From Candidatus Paracaedibacteraceae bacterium (GTDB taxonomy: Bacteria > Pseudomonadota > Alphaproteobacteria > Paracaedibacterales > CAIOTO01), in contig JAUYTZ010000009.1 of the NCBI GenBank assembly GCA_030694965.1, forward strand, positions 66,427-130,426: a DNA stretch of 64,000 bases. Reading direction: 5' to 3'. The notes under the pieces are model-generated. The model had not been told where the DNA came from. It did no database searches and saw only the letters and a program-made list of their open reading frames with translations. The position numbers and the translations under genes are program-made. Shown here in pieces: positions 11,646 to 23,750 of this stretch (its first letter is position 1; every line of letters begins with the position of its first letter).

Positions 11646-12362
11646 TTAATACATTCCGCCGTTAGCGCTTAGTGTAGAACCTGTAATAAACCCAGCATGT
11701 TTGTCTGCTAAAAATGATACGCAATGGGCAATTTCTTCTGCAGTTCCTAGTCTTCCAACAGGAATTGTACCAATAATTTTTTCAAGCACAGGTTTAGGTA
11801 CAGCACGAACCATTTCGGTATCAATATAGCCAGGTGCAATAACATTTGCTGTTATGCCTTTATTCGCTACTTCAAGAGCAATAGATTTTGCAAATCCAAT
11901 AATTGCGGCTTTTGCTGCCGCATAATTGCATTGCCCTCGTTGACCTTTTAGTCCATTTACAGAAGATAAATAAATAAGACGACCAAAGTTTTGTGCGCGC
12001 ATTCCATCAAGAACTGCTTGTGTCAGGTAAAAACATGAATTAAGATTAGTTCGTATTACGCGATGCCATTGATCAGATGCCATTTTTTCAAGCGTAGAAT
12101 CTGCTGTAATACCAGCGTTATGAACGAGCATAGAAATTGATCCATGCTCTGTCTCTATATAATTTATAGCAGTTTTACATGCATTTTCATCGGCTATGTC
12201 AAAAGCTATTGTTTGAATTCCAGTCTCTGCAGAAAAAAGACGAGCAGCTTCTTTATTGGAAGCATATGACGCAATAACACGATATCCTTTGTGTGTTAAT
12301 TCACGAGAAATAGCTGCGCCAATACCGCGCGTTCCACCTGTAACAAGAGCAAGTTGAGACAT
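11646..12362 (-). CDS. phbB: acetoacetyl-CoA reductase-like SDR (PhaB/FabG type)
   Basis: TGGTRGIG cofactor motif and SSVNGLKGQRGQCNYAAAKAA ... PGYIDTEMV, which is closest to PhaB. The ATG at 12362 (MSQLALVTGG) is preferred over the TTG track start at 12374. Confidence 0.65.
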   Translation of the reverse strand: MSQLALVTGGTRGIGAAISRELTHKGYRVIASYASNKEAARLFSAETGIQTIAFDIADENACKTAINYIETEHGSISMLVHNAGITADSTLEKMASDQWHRVIRTNLNSCFYLTQAVLDGMRAQNFGRLIYLSSVNGLKGQRGQCNYAAAKAAIIGFAKSIALEVANKGITANVIAPGYIDTEMVRAVPKPVLEKIIGTIPVGRLGTAEEIAHCVSFLADKHAGFITGSTLSANGGMY

Positions 12363-12483
12363 GAGATGAACCAAAAATAAAATTTATAATAAATTCTAGT
12401 AATAAAATGAGAGCATTATCAATCAAATAATGCTCTCTGAGAAATTAAAAAATTATTTTATTAAAAAATTTGAGATACAAGCA

Positions 12484-13959
12484 CTACGTTAAATAACTAT
12501 TTAAACGTTTCATTGTTTCTTCTCGTCCTAAGATTTCCATAAGTTCAAATAAGCTGGGTGAAACACTACGATGGGTTAATGCAACGCGAAGTGGCTGTGC
12601 AAGTGCCCCAAGTTTTAGATTTAATGTTTGCGCACAGTTGCGCAGCATCACTTCAAGCGTATCGTGTGTAAAATCAGTTGAGACGAGAGCTTCGCGGACG
12701 GCTGCTACATGCGCTTTAGCTGTTTCATTGCAAAATGTGAGGGCCTTTTCATCATACTCAAGTTCTTTTGTTGTATAAACAAGTGCACCATCCGCAAGTT
12801 CAATCACTGTTTTTGCACGTTCTTTAAGGCCATTCATACCGCGTAAGATGTGATTACGTTCAAGGGGCTCTGGTGTGCGTCTAAGGGCTTCAGTCAAAAA
12901 TGGCGTGATCAAATCAAGCAAACGTTGGTTATCGGCAATACGTATATAATGCCCATTTAAGTTCGTGAGCTTTAGCATATCAAGACGAGCTGGAGCACGT
13001 CCAATTCCATCCACGTCAAACCATTCAACCGCTTGTTCAATGGATATGATTTCATCATCGCCATGCCCCCAACCAAGTTTTAATAAATAGTTGCAGATTG
13101 TTTCAGGCAAAAAACCCATGGAACGGTATTCTTCTGCGCTCATAGCGCCGTGACGTTTGGAAAGTTTTGCTCCGTCGGGACCATGAATTAAAGGAATATG
13201 TGCAAAGTGTGGGACAGTCCAGCCGCATGCTTCATAAATTTGTTTTTGTCGAAACGCGTTGGTCAAGTGATCATCGCCGCGAATAATATGTGAAATATGC
13301 ATGTCATGATCATCCACTACAACAGAGAGCATATATGTTGGGGAACCATCTGCCCGTAATAGAATAAAATCATCCAATTGCTTATTTTGAACGCGAACTG
13401 TCCCTTGAACAAGGTCTTCGATAATAGTTTCACCGTCAGTTGGGGCTTTAAGGCGTACGACAGGAGATATGTTCGCGGGTTTCAATAATGGATCGCGATC
13501 ACGCCAGAAACCATTGTAGCGAGGCTGCATACCATTAGCACGGGCATCTTCACGCATTTTTTCTACTTCTTCAGGAGAACAATAACAATAGTAGGCTTTT
13601 CCATTAGCTACCATTTTGTGAGCAATTTCAGCATGGCGCGCAGCACGAGTAGATTGGAATACAACGTCGAAGTCGCTGGTAATGCCCAGCCAATTGAGGC
13701 TGTTAAAGATAGCTTCAACGGCATCTTCTGAAGAACGCGCCTTGTCCGTGTCTTCAATGCGTAGCAAAAAGCGTCCGCCGTGATGCTTTGCATAAAGCCA
13801 GTTAAAAAGAGCTGTTCGAGCTCCTCCGATATGAAGGAAACCAGTTGGGCTTGGAGCAAAGCGGACAATAGGTGTTGTTGATGGTTGGAAGGACGATGTG
13901 TTTAAATCAGATGATTCAGTACATGTGAGAGAAGAAGTTTGTTGCGCCATTATTTTCAT
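12484..13959 (-). CDS. gltX: glutamate--tRNA ligase
   Basis: PSPTGFLHIGGART (HIGH) and KLSKRHG (KMSKS) class-I motifs. Confidence 0.93.
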   Translation of the reverse strand: MKIMAQQTSSLTCTESSDLNTSSFQPSTTPIVRFAPSPTGFLHIGGARTALFNWLYAKHHGGRFLLRIEDTDKARSSEDAVEAIFNSLNWLGITSDFDVVFQSTRAARHAEIAHKMVANGKAYYCYCSPEEVEKMREDARANGMQPRYNGFWRDRDPLLKPANISPVVRLKAPTDGETIIEDLVQGTVRVQNKQLDDFILLRADGSPTYMLSVVVDDHDMHISHIIRGDDHLTNAFRQKQIYEACGWTVPHFAHIPLIHGPDGAKLSKRHGAMSAEEYRSMGFLPETICNYLLKLGWGHGDDEIISIEQAVEWFDVDGIGRAPARLDMLKLTNLNGHYIRIADNQRLLDLITPFLTEALRRTPEPLERNHILRGMNGLKERAKTVIELADGALVYTTKELEYDEKALTFCNETAKAHVAAVREALVSTDFTHDTLEVMLRNCAQTLNLKLGALAQPLRVALTHRSVSPSLFELMEILGREETMKRLNSYLT

Positions 13960-14032
13960 AAATGTGAGTTATATAAGGGGCAGCTTAGCAAATTGCTAGG
14001 AGGAGGGGAAGAGGGGGATTGATTTTAGTAAA

Positions 14033-14064
14033 CTTAAAGCTGAACGCTTTTGCCCAGCTTTAAG
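14033..14064 (-). terminator. possible terminator hairpin after the TPR gene
   Basis: Perfect 10-bp inverted repeat CTTAAAGCTG / CAGCTTTAAG with a 12-nt loop. The T-tract is weak. Confidence 0.3.
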
Positions 14065-14076
14065 TAAATAATGTGT

Positions 14077-14787
14077 TTAGTTATTTTGTATTTTTTTTAA
14101 TACCACTTGAGACATAATTTCTGCGCGCGCGCGAAGACCACGTGGACAAGCTTTTGTTTGGGCAATTGCTACATAAATTTCAGATGCTTTTGTATAATCT
14201 TTTAATTCATATAAAATAAAGCCTTTAAGTTCAAGAGCTAAAAGTTTCCAAGGAGCTTTATTTTTTGTAAGGTTATCTAAACTTGCAAGATGCGTCATTA
14301 GTTTTGCTTTATTAACTTCCGTAATTTTATCAAAATCGAGTAAGTCAATGTCCATGCGAATAAGCGTTAAAAGAGCATAATCACGCATAATTGGGTCAGT
14401 CGAATGGCGTGATGTAAGTTGTGTTAGTGTTTCAACTGCTTTCTTTGCATCTTCGCCACCTTTTTCGTACAATGCAGCTGCTTTTGCAATTGAAGCAAGT
14501 GATGCGTATGTTGGCGCTGAATCATTTACAATGCTTTCGTAAACACCGATTGCTTCATTAATGTTACCCGAAACAACGCGGTCAGCTGCCTTAGTAAATT
14601 TTTGTGAAATAAGATTTAATTGTTTTTCAGAATGGTTGCGCCATAGAACCCAGCCAGAAGAGGAACCTAAAGCAACGATAAGTACCGTTGATATAATCTT
14701 TCCATATTTATTCCAAAGAGTTTCAAATTTTTCTTGGCGAATATCTTTTTCAACTTCTTCAATAAACTCATCAAATTTTTCGGCCAT
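14077..14787 (-). CDS. YfgM-like single-pass membrane TPR protein
   Basis: Acidic N-terminus, one TM helix, then TPR-like helical repeats. This architecture is conserved in alphaproteobacteria. Confidence 0.5.
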   Translation of the reverse strand: MAEKFDEFIEEVEKDIRQEKFETLWNKYGKIISTVLIVALGSSSGWVLWRNHSEKQLNLISQKFTKAADRVVSGNINEAIGVYESIVNDSAPTYASLASIAKAAALYEKGGEDAKKAVETLTQLTSRHSTDPIMRDYALLTLIRMDIDLLDFDKITEVNKAKLMTHLASLDNLTKNKAPWKLLALELKGFILYELKDYTKASEIYVAIAQTKACPRGLRARAEIMSQVVLKKIQNN

Positions 14788-14848
14788 GTTGTCTTATTAT
14801 CCTCAGTTTTTCTTAATTATGAAAGATGAAATCTAAAAAGTACAGTCA

Positions 14849-16498
<1,650 letters not shown>

Positions 16499-16792
16499 TT
16501 ATTTTTGTGGAGCCGCAGGTGCAACTGGCGCTGACTTAGGCGTATCTAAAACAGAAGCTGTTTGCTTGATAGACCTATTTGATAAAACTGTCATCAAAAC
16601 GCAGTTAGCAAGAAAGAGCGCTGCGAGAATGGATGTTGCATGCGTAAGCAAATTTGCGACACCCCGTGCGGAAAACATGCTTGATGAACTTCCCCCACCA
16701 AGAAGAGCTGAACCACCGTCACTCTTCTGAACCAAAATCACACCAATCATGGTGAGTGTAATAATAATATGCAAAGTTAGTAGTATCGGCAT
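16499..16792 (-). CDS. secG: preprotein translocase subunit SecG
   Basis: 97 aa, two TM segments, LVQKSDGG motif. Sits downstream of pyrG, as is usual in alphaproteobacteria. Confidence 0.8.
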   Translation of the reverse strand: MPILLTLHIIITLTMIGVILVQKSDGGSALLGGGSSSSMFSARGVANLLTHATSILAALFLANCVLMTVLSNRSIKQTASVLDTPKSAPVAPAAPQK

Positions 16793-16833
16793 TTCAATTC
16801 CTTCTTTTGTGTTAAATTATTAAGGTATGTATA

Positions 16834-17379
16834 TCAAACCTTTGGCGCCATTATCATCAGCATTTGTTTTCCTTCAAACCGAGGTGCTGTTTCAATTTTT
16901 GCCAATTCTTCAAACTGATCTTTGAATCGATTAATGACTTCCATACCAATTTCTTGGTGGCTCATCTCACGGCCACGGAAACGCATTGTGACTTTTACTT
17001 TGTTGCCTTCTTTTAAAAAGCGCTCAGCTGCACGGCGTTTTACTTCAAAGTCATTGTCATCAATCATTGGTCTGATTTGAATTTCTTTAACTTCAATAAT
17101 TTTTTGTTTCTTCTTTGCCTCATTTTTTTTCTTTTGCTGTTCGTACTTAAACTTGCCATTGTCTAATATCTTACAAACAGGCGGTTCAGCATTCGGTGAA
17201 ACTTCAACCAGGTCGAGATTTGCTTCCATTGCAAGATCAAGGGCTTCACGTCGTGTGACCACACCTACCATCTCACCATCAGCATCAACAAGACGCACCC
17301 TTGGTGCTGTTATTTCCTGATTAACACGTGGTCCATCCTGACGACTTTGTTCTCGAGTCGAAGGGGAATCTCCTGACAA
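16834..17379 (-). CDS. infC: translation initiation factor IF-3
   Basis: RVNQEITAPRVRLVD and IQIRPMIDDNDFEVK motifs. Start is ambiguous: TTG at 17379, or the in-frame ATT at 17391 preceded by GGAG. Confidence 0.9.
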   Translation of the reverse strand: MSGDSPSTREQSRQDGPRVNQEITAPRVRLVDADGEMVGVVTRREALDLAMEANLDLVEVSPNAEPPVCKILDNGKFKYEQQKKKNEAKKKQKIIEVKEIQIRPMIDDNDFEVKRRAAERFLKEGNKVKVTMRFRGREMSHQEIGMEVINRFKDQFEELAKIETAPRFEGKQMLMIMAPKV

Positions 17380-17571
17380 TCGTGCTATAATTCTTCTCCA
17401 AAAAAATTCTACATTATTAACAGTTACAATATCAAAAATATCATTGACAGTCTACCATCTTGTGGAAAGAGGAGTGCATTATATTTGAAGAGCGGATATT
17501 TACTGAAGTGGAAGCGCGTGATTCGAAGACCAGCAGTTGAGCTTTTGGGTATTTATAAAGTTTTATTTTGA

Positions 17572-17612
17572 TGTTAATAAAAAAGGCATTTTCACTTTCA
17601 TGAGAATGCCTT
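17572..17612 (-). terminator. rho-independent terminator after rplI
   Basis: AAGGCATT / AATGCCTT 8-bp stem flanked by A/T runs on both sides, so it could act bidirectionally. Confidence 0.6.
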
Positions 17613-17637
17613 TTTTATTTTGTTGTATAAAGGTTGA

Positions 17638-18138
17638 TTATACAGCAGTTGTTTCCGTTTCAGCAGCAGCTTGGCGACGAACAGAAGCTTCTTCTTCTGA
17701 TTGTGCAACAATAACGCTTACTAAAATAGTGACTTCTGGGTGCAAAATAACGCGAACGCTATGAATACCTAGTGTTTTAATTGGTGATATAATTTGAACT
17801 TGTGAGCGGTTAATTGTGTAACCATCGGCTGTCAATGCTTCAGAAACGTCTTGTGAACGAACTGAGCCGTAAAGATGACCAACTTCACTTGCTTGGCGAA
17901 TAACAACAATTTGTACGTTTTCCATTGTTTTAGCAACAGATTCAGCTTCTGAACGCAATTTCAAGTTTGTTGCTTCAAGTTGAGCTTTTTGTTTATCAAA
18001 GAAAGTAACGTTTTGTGTTGTTGCGCGCATTGCTTTTTTTGTTGGTAACAAGAAGTTTCTTGCATAACCTGGTTTTACAGTAACTACGTCACCCATTTGA
18101 CCAAGGTGTTCAACACGTTGTAATAAAATAATTTTCAT
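17638..18138 (-). CDS. rplI: 50S ribosomal protein L9
   Basis: MKIILLQRVEHLGQMGDVVTVKPGYARNFLLP N-terminus. Confidence 0.93.
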   Translation of the reverse strand: MKIILLQRVEHLGQMGDVVTVKPGYARNFLLPTKKAMRATTQNVTFFDKQKAQLEATNLKLRSEAESVAKTMENVQIVVIRQASEVGHLYGSVRSQDVSEALTADGYTINRSQVQIISPIKTLGIHSVRVILHPEVTILVSVIVAQSEEEASVRRQAAAETETTAV

Positions 18139-18149
18139 CTGTGTGCTCC

Positions 18150-18422
18150 TTAGCCGTTAACGTATGGCATGAGAGCCAAGAAACGTGCACGCTTGATTGC
18201 TAACGATAAAGCACGTTGGTTGATTGCTGAAACAGCGCTGATACGGCTAGGCATCATTTTACCGCGTTCAGATACAAATTTGTTCAAAACGCGAACATCT
18301 TTGTAATCAATTTTCATCGCGTTTGTTCCAGTAAATGGACATGTTTTTCGACGACGAAAGAATTGACGTCTCATGGATGGGCGAGCGCCGCCTTCTGTAA
18401 TTTCTGGAATTTGATCAGTCAT
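18150..18422 (-). CDS. rpsR: 30S ribosomal protein S18
   Basis: [11 protein letters not shown] ... IDYKDV motif; lies within the rpsF-rpsR-rplI operon order. Confidence 0.93.
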   Translation of the reverse strand: MTDQIPEITEGGARPSMRRQFFRRRKTCPFTGTNAMKIDYKDVRVLNKFVSERGKMMPSRISAVSAINQRALSLAIKRARFLALMPYVNG

Positions 18423-18437
18423 GATATAATACCTGCC

Positions 18438-18812
18438 TTATGCTTCTATTTCAACATCATCTGAAGTACTTCTTTGGTCATCACGGTAGTGGCGACTTTG
18501 CATAAGTGCAGATGGTGAATTGTCAAGTTCTTCAACGCGAACTGTCAAATAACGAAGAACATCTTCGTTTAAATTCATTTGACGTTCCATTTCCTTAATA
18601 CCTGCTGATTCAACAGCGATATTTAATAAGATATAGTGTCCTTTTTTGTTCTTTTTAATTGGGTAAGCTAATCCGCGTAAACCACAAAATTCGGTTTTGC
18701 TGACTTCGCCGCCATGGGCTTTAATAATTCCGGTGTAATGTTGCGCCAAAGTTTCCACTTGATTAGACGTAACATCCTGCCGTGCTATAAATACGGTTTC
18801 GTAAAAACGCAT
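18438..18812 (-). CDS. rpsF: 30S ribosomal protein S6
   Basis: MRFYETVFIARQD N-terminus; first gene of the S6-S18-L9 operon. Confidence 0.93.
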   Translation of the reverse strand: MRFYETVFIARQDVTSNQVETLAQHYTGIIKAHGGEVSKTEFCGLRGLAYPIKKNKKGHYILLNIAVESAGIKEMERQMNLNEDVLRYLTVRVEELDNSPSALMQSRHYRDDQRSTSDDVEIEA

Positions 18813-19114
18813 AACTGCTCCTTTCGGTTGTTAACTTGATAACGACAAGCCACAGTGCAAAAACATATTTTGCACAAGGGAGTTCATCGAACCTCTGGAC
18901 TATAACGCATTTAAGGAAAGAAGTAAATAAAATTAGTATGATTGCCTTTGTGTTCTATTACGCCTCAGTTTTTTAAGCTGAGCTAAATATGTATATTTTT
19001 TTACTTTTCAATGTACTAAAAAAGAAAAATAAAAAAAACATTTTACAAAACAAGGAAAAAAATAAATAAATTTTGCGTCAAAAAACTGAATAACTGTGAT
19101 GTGAGCATTCAAAC

Positions 19115-19149
19115 AGAAAATAAAAAAAGCGCTTTGGGAAAAGCGCTTT
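19115..19149 (-). terminator. rho-independent terminator after rpmJ
   Basis: 10-bp stem AAAGCGCTTT / AAAGCGCTTT with a GGGA loop, followed on the minus strand by TTTTATTTT. Confidence 0.7.
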
Positions 19150-19170
19150 TAGTTAAGGAAATATAAAATA

Positions 19171-19296
19171 TTAACCTTGACGTGCTTTGAAGCGTGGGTT
19201 CAGTTTGTTGATAACATAGAGACGCCCACGACGACGCACAACCTTACAAGCTTTGTGGCGGCTTCTAAGTGTTTTAATTGAATTTGCTATTTTCAT
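19171..19296 (-). CDS. rpmJ: 50S ribosomal protein L36
   Basis: Hand translation gives [41 protein letters not shown] (41 aa). It is below the ORF-track length cut-off. Confidence 0.9.
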   Translation of the reverse strand: MKIANSIKTLRSRHKACKVVRRRGRLYVINKLNPRFKARQG

Positions 19297-19765
19297 AATA
19301 TGAAAAAACTCCTGTAAACTAAAAGCATTATAGAAAAGTGAGTCTGTACAGTCAAGAGAAAGTTATGTTTGCACGGATTTTGTAAAGATTGAGATATTAA
19401 CAAGTGGATGTTTTGCGTGCGAGTAAATATTTGGGTGTTTCAAGAAAATACAAAAAGTATCTACTATATCACACTTGCATGAAACGTTAAGGACGGTGAC
19501 GCTAACGTTTAGAGAGGCTTTTAACAGTAGATAATTATGATATTTTATAAGAAATTACAAGCAAAAGCCCGATAAAGCATGTTTGTTAAAAATATTTTGA
19601 AAGAGGGTATTAAGTTTCTGCAGACTTAAAAACAAGCTTTGTGTTTCCGGGAAGTCACTGCATTTTTGAATGCATGTTAAAAATGAACTTATCCAGATTG
19701 CAATGTGAAATAATTGCACCTATTCTTATAATTAAATGAAATATGTATTTTCATATGGGTAAAAA

Positions 19766-20647
19766 ATGAAACTGAATGATGGCGCTGTGCCTTTAGAGTT
19801 AAAAGAAACAACAAAAAACTGGTTTGTTAAATTACAAAAGCATATTTGCGCAGTGCTTGAAGAAATTGAAAATGAATTTCAGCATCAAACACATTTACCA
19901 GGACGTTTTTCTTGTAAGCCATGGAAGAGAATTGATCTAACTCAACCTAACCAAGAAGGTGGTGGTGGCATAATGGGTATTTTAGAAAATGGTGCTGTTT
20001 TTGAAAAAGCTGGGGTTAATACCTCAACTGTTTATGGAGAATTCTCAAAAGAGTTTTGTCACGAAATTCCTGGTGCCGATAAAGATCCAAAGTTTTGGGC
20101 CTCAGGAATCTCGTTTGTTGCTCATCCAATGAACCCCTTTGTACCTGCTGTGCATTTTAACACACGTCACATTTTGACCAGCAAGGGTTGGTTTGGTGGG
20201 GGGGCAGATTTGACACCAACATTTGCGTTTGATGAAGATACAAAAGACTTTCATGATGCGTTACGCCAGTCTTGTGATCAATATCATCCTGATGCTTATG
20301 CAAAATACAAACTTTGGTGTGATGAGTATTTTTATATTCCCCACCGTAAAGAAATGCGTGGTGTTGGTGGAATTTTTTTTGACTATATAAACAGCGGTGA
20401 CACTCAGGGAGATTTTGATTTTTTAAAAGCTCTTGGTATGTCGTTTATTAATGCATATGCAATGATTGTTCGGCGCCGAATGCATGAAAAATGGACAGCT
20501 GAAGATAAATACAAACAGCTTATCAAGAGAGGTCGTTATGCCGAATTTAACTTACTGTATGATAGAGGAACAAGATTTGGCTTAATGACAAACGGCAATG
20601 TCGAGGCAATTTTAATGTCTTTACCTCCTGTTGCAGCGTGGATATAA
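19766..20647 (+). CDS. hemF: oxygen-dependent coproporphyrinogen III oxidase
   Basis: GGGGIMGILENGAVFEKAGVN ... HFNTRH ... WFGGGADLTP motifs. Confidence 0.92.
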   Translation: MKLNDGAVPLELKETTKNWFVKLQKHICAVLEEIENEFQHQTHLPGRFSCKPWKRIDLTQPNQEGGGGIMGILENGAVFEKAGVNTSTVYGEFSKEFCHEIPGADKDPKFWASGISFVAHPMNPFVPAVHFNTRHILTSKGWFGGGADLTPTFAFDEDTKDFHDALRQSCDQYHPDAYAKYKLWCDEYFYIPHRKEMRGVGGIFFDYINSGDTQGDFDFLKALGMSFINAYAMIVRRRMHEKWTAEDKYKQLIKRGRYAEFNLLYDRGTRFGLMTNGNVEAILMSLPPVAAWI

Positions 20648-21984
20648 ACAGCATGGTTATAGACAAAGTGTCATTTGAATTACTATGTGGTGTTGTTGGT
20701 GCTTTAACTTTGCTGTGTATTGCTATTTTTATTGGTTATATGCGTAGCCGTAGTCGTTGCCTTCATTTGCTACACAAAAATGCTCATTTGATAGCGGAAA
20801 TTGATTTTCAACGCGCACACATAAGCGATAAAGAAGAAATTTTATACAGATCTCAACAGCAGTTCCAGACGTTGCTTGAATCAATGTCTCAAAAGGCTCT
20901 TATTGCAAATAATGAATCATTTTTAAATTTAGCAAAATCAACTTTTACAGATTTGCATGAGCGCGCCAAAATAGAAATGGATCAAAAACAAACAAATATT
21001 GCCATGATGATTGAACCTTTGCAAAAATCGCTTGAACAGGTTGATCAGAAAATGGAAAATTTGGAAAAAGAGCGAGCACACGCGTTCACAGATTTGCGTC
21101 GTCAAGTTATTGATCTTATAGCCACACAAAAGGAGTTGCGCCTTGAAACATCAAATCTTGTGAAAGCACTTCGTTCACCAACAGGGCGTGGACAATGGGG
21201 TGAAATGCAGCTTAAACGTGTTGTTGAAATGGCAGGTATGTTGGCGCATTGCGATTTTGTTGAGCAAGTAAGTTTAGCTGAAGGACGTCTTCGCCCTGAT
21301 CTTATTATTCGCTTGCCTGGTAAAAAAACAATAGTAGTCGACGCAAAAACACCATTAATGGCCTATTTAGAAGCCTTTGAATGTAGCGATGATCAAAAAA
21401 AAGCACAGCTTTTGCAAGATCATGCACGGCATGTAAGAACACATATACGTACATTGTCACAACGTAATTATTTTGAGCAGTTTGATCAATCACCTGAATT
21501 TGTCGTAATGTTCATACCAGGAGAATCAATATTCGGAGCTGCTCTTGAAGCTGACCCGTCACTTATTGAATATGGCGTGCATGAACGCGTTATTATGGCA
21601 ACTCCAACTACATTAATTGCGTTGTTGCGTGCTGTAGCTTATGGGTGGCAACAAGAAGCTGTCGCTGATAATGCTCGCCAAATTTGGCAACTTGGGCGAG
21701 ATTTTTTTAAACGCTTGAGTGATTTTTCGACGCATTTAGGTCGCGTTGGGAAACATTTGTCACAATCTGTTGGTGCTTATAATGACAGCATTGGGACCTT
21801 TGAAAAACGCGTTCTTGTTTCTGCGCGCAAATTAAAAGATCTTGATCCAGGCTTAGAATCAAGCGATATTGATATTATGCCTTTAGATATTCAAACCAGG
21901 TCACTTGAGCTTGCCGACAATAGTGACTTGGTTGGTATTGTTACGCAGTCTTTTAAAGAGGAAGAAAATAAAAATGTATTGTAA
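20638..21984 (+). CDS. rmuC: DNA recombination protein RmuC
   Basis: N-terminal TM helix, long coiled coil, GRGQWGEMQLKRVVEMAGM motif. The ATG at 20653 is an alternative start. Confidence 0.88.
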   Translation: MDINSMVIDKVSFELLCGVVGALTLLCIAIFIGYMRSRSRCLHLLHKNAHLIAEIDFQRAHISDKEEILYRSQQQFQTLLESMSQKALIANNESFLNLAKSTFTDLHERAKIEMDQKQTNIAMMIEPLQKSLEQVDQKMENLEKERAHAFTDLRRQVIDLIATQKELRLETSNLVKALRSPTGRGQWGEMQLKRVVEMAGMLAHCDFVEQVSLAEGRLRPDLIIRLPGKKTIVVDAKTPLMAYLEAFECSDDQKKAQLLQDHARHVRTHIRTLSQRNYFEQFDQSPEFVVMFIPGESIFGAALEADPSLIEYGVHERVIMATPTTLIALLRAVAYGWQQEAVADNARQIWQLGRDFFKRLSDFSTHLGRVGKHLSQSVGAYNDSIGTFEKRVLVSARKLKDLDPGLESSDIDIMPLDIQTRSLELADNSDLVGIVTQSFKEEENKNVL

Positions 21985-23266
21985 CTTATATCATAAAATA
22001 CGTATTGGTTTTTATATTTTATTTTTTTTATTTTGCGCAAATATTACTTGTTTTCCTGAAAAACAAAGTTTTGTTGTTGTGCCAAAAAATTTTGTAGCTG
22101 AACCAACAAAAAATTCTGTAGCTGCATCAAATAATGTGCTGGCTACAGCTATTACATTTTATAAAGACGGTGCTCTGATTAGGCAAGGCCAGATATTACC
22201 TTTAATAAAAGGAAAACACCCTGCTCATTCAACTGGGATTGCCAGCAGTATTGTATATGAATCATTAATGCTTTCTTTGTCTGCACTACCAAAAGAAGCT
22301 AGTATTGAAGAAGTTACGGTCGAAAAAGCTGAAGAAGAAAATACTATGGCTCTTTCTCTTACCGTAAATAGCACAGTTGCTGAACCAAAAAATTATGTAA
22401 ACATTACGTATCTTCTGCGCAATATGAGTTGGAAGCCTTACTATGCTATTCAATTTACCTCAGGTTACCAAGAACTTATTTTTAATGGTTGGATTGATAT
22501 AGTTAATAAAACAGGAATAGCGCTTAAAAATGCTCAAATCCAATTTGTAGATGGCAATATTCCGCCTATTCAAGGCGATGCAGCTGATAAAGCACAAGGA
22601 AAAGCAAAAGGGTACGCTTATAAAGGTATTCTTGATATGAAAAAAAATGAAACAAAACGTATCAATTGGGTCTTTAGTGGTGCTTTAAAAGCTAAGCAAG
22701 ATTACCGTATTTTTGTTGGCGGAAAGTTTTTAAAAGACATGGAAAGCAAGGCCGCAAACCCTATTGTGGAAACGTGGGTTTCCTTTAGAAATGTAACAGA
22801 AAATGCATTAGGGCAAGACTTACCGCAAGGCACAGCTGTTTTGTATTATCAAGATGACAATGGCCATCTTGAAGTGCTTGGTAATACAAGTTTGCCGCAT
22901 ATGGCAGCTGGGCAAGAAGTTAGCGTTAAAATTCCATCAACTCAAATTGATAAAATTGATAAAAACAATAAAAAAGAGTCAAAGCGTATTGAGACTGAAC
23001 TTGAGCAAAACCAATATCGTGCATTAAGCGATTTGCACATGACAGAATCTCATTATTGCTTGACACTAAAAAACACAAGTGCTGAACCTGTCGTGATTCG
23101 CGTTATGCTCGATTTACCTTTTGATGTTGAGCATTGGGAGGTTATTCGTGAAACGATACAGCATGAAAAAACAGGTGAAACGAGTATTTACTGGAGTGTC
23201 CCTGTGCCAGCGAATGGCAGCGTTCAGCTAAAATATCAATTGCGTTATATTAAAGCGGCTGAATAG
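21974..23266 (+). CDS. secreted DUF4139-like protein
   Basis: The ATG at 21974 gives a signal-peptide-like N-terminus and overlaps the rmuC stop (ATGTATTGTAA). The central NMSWKPYYAIQF ... GWIDIVNKTGIALKNAQIQFVDG region resembles DUF4139. Confidence 0.5.
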   Translation: MYCNLYHKIRIGFYILFFLFCANITCFPEKQSFVVVPKNFVAEPTKNSVAASNNVLATAITFYKDGALIRQGQILPLIKGKHPAHSTGIASSIVYESLMLSLSALPKEASIEEVTVEKAEEENTMALSLTVNSTVAEPKNYVNITYLLRNMSWKPYYAIQFTSGYQELIFNGWIDIVNKTGIALKNAQIQFVDGNIPPIQGDAADKAQGKAKGYAYKGILDMKKNETKRINWVFSGALKAKQDYRIFVGGKFLKDMESKAANPIVETWVSFRNVTENALGQDLPQGTAVLYYQDDNGHLEVLGNTSLPHMAAGQEVSVKIPSTQIDKIDKNNKKESKRIETELEQNQYRALSDLHMTESHYCLTLKNTSAEPVVIRVMLDLPFDVEHWEVIRETIQHEKTGETSIYWSVPVPANGSVQLKYQLRYIKAAE

Positions 23267-23310
23267 TTTTCATTTTATAACAAGTTTTTTGAATAAGAAT
23301 TGTTAATACC

Positions 23311-23730
23311 GTTCTATTCAAGATTAATGTACGATAAGGTTAATATTTTTATGAAAGGCTTGATTCGGTGTAAATCATATTTGTTCATTTACCCATAAAT
23401 GGCAGCTGAATCGCTTGATTATAAAAGATGATAATGCGTTAAAACGATTAAGTTTATATTCTATTCCACTTTTCTTTTTTGACCACTGCTCCGCTGTATC
23501 AGAAGCCAGTAGTATCTAAGCGAAGTTTAGTTATTTCTTAATTCAGGAAAGATCGTAAACCGCAATCGATTGCGTTTTCTTGTTATTTGAAAACACACAG
23601 TCTTTTTTGTTTAATAATATTGATCTAGACTCTTTCATCATAGATAGCATGTGTGTAATATTCCATAATATGGCATTTTAGTCACTAATCATCTTAGAAT
23701 GTTGTACGATGCCATTTTAAAACATGCGTA
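23311..23730 (+). repeat. 420-bp direct repeat, copy 1
   Basis: Aligns without gaps to 24834-25253 (offset 1523 bp) with about 18 mismatches by eye. Most mismatches fall in the first 230 bp. Confidence 0.95.
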
Positions 23731-23750
23731 AAGCAGAAGCGAAATAAGTT

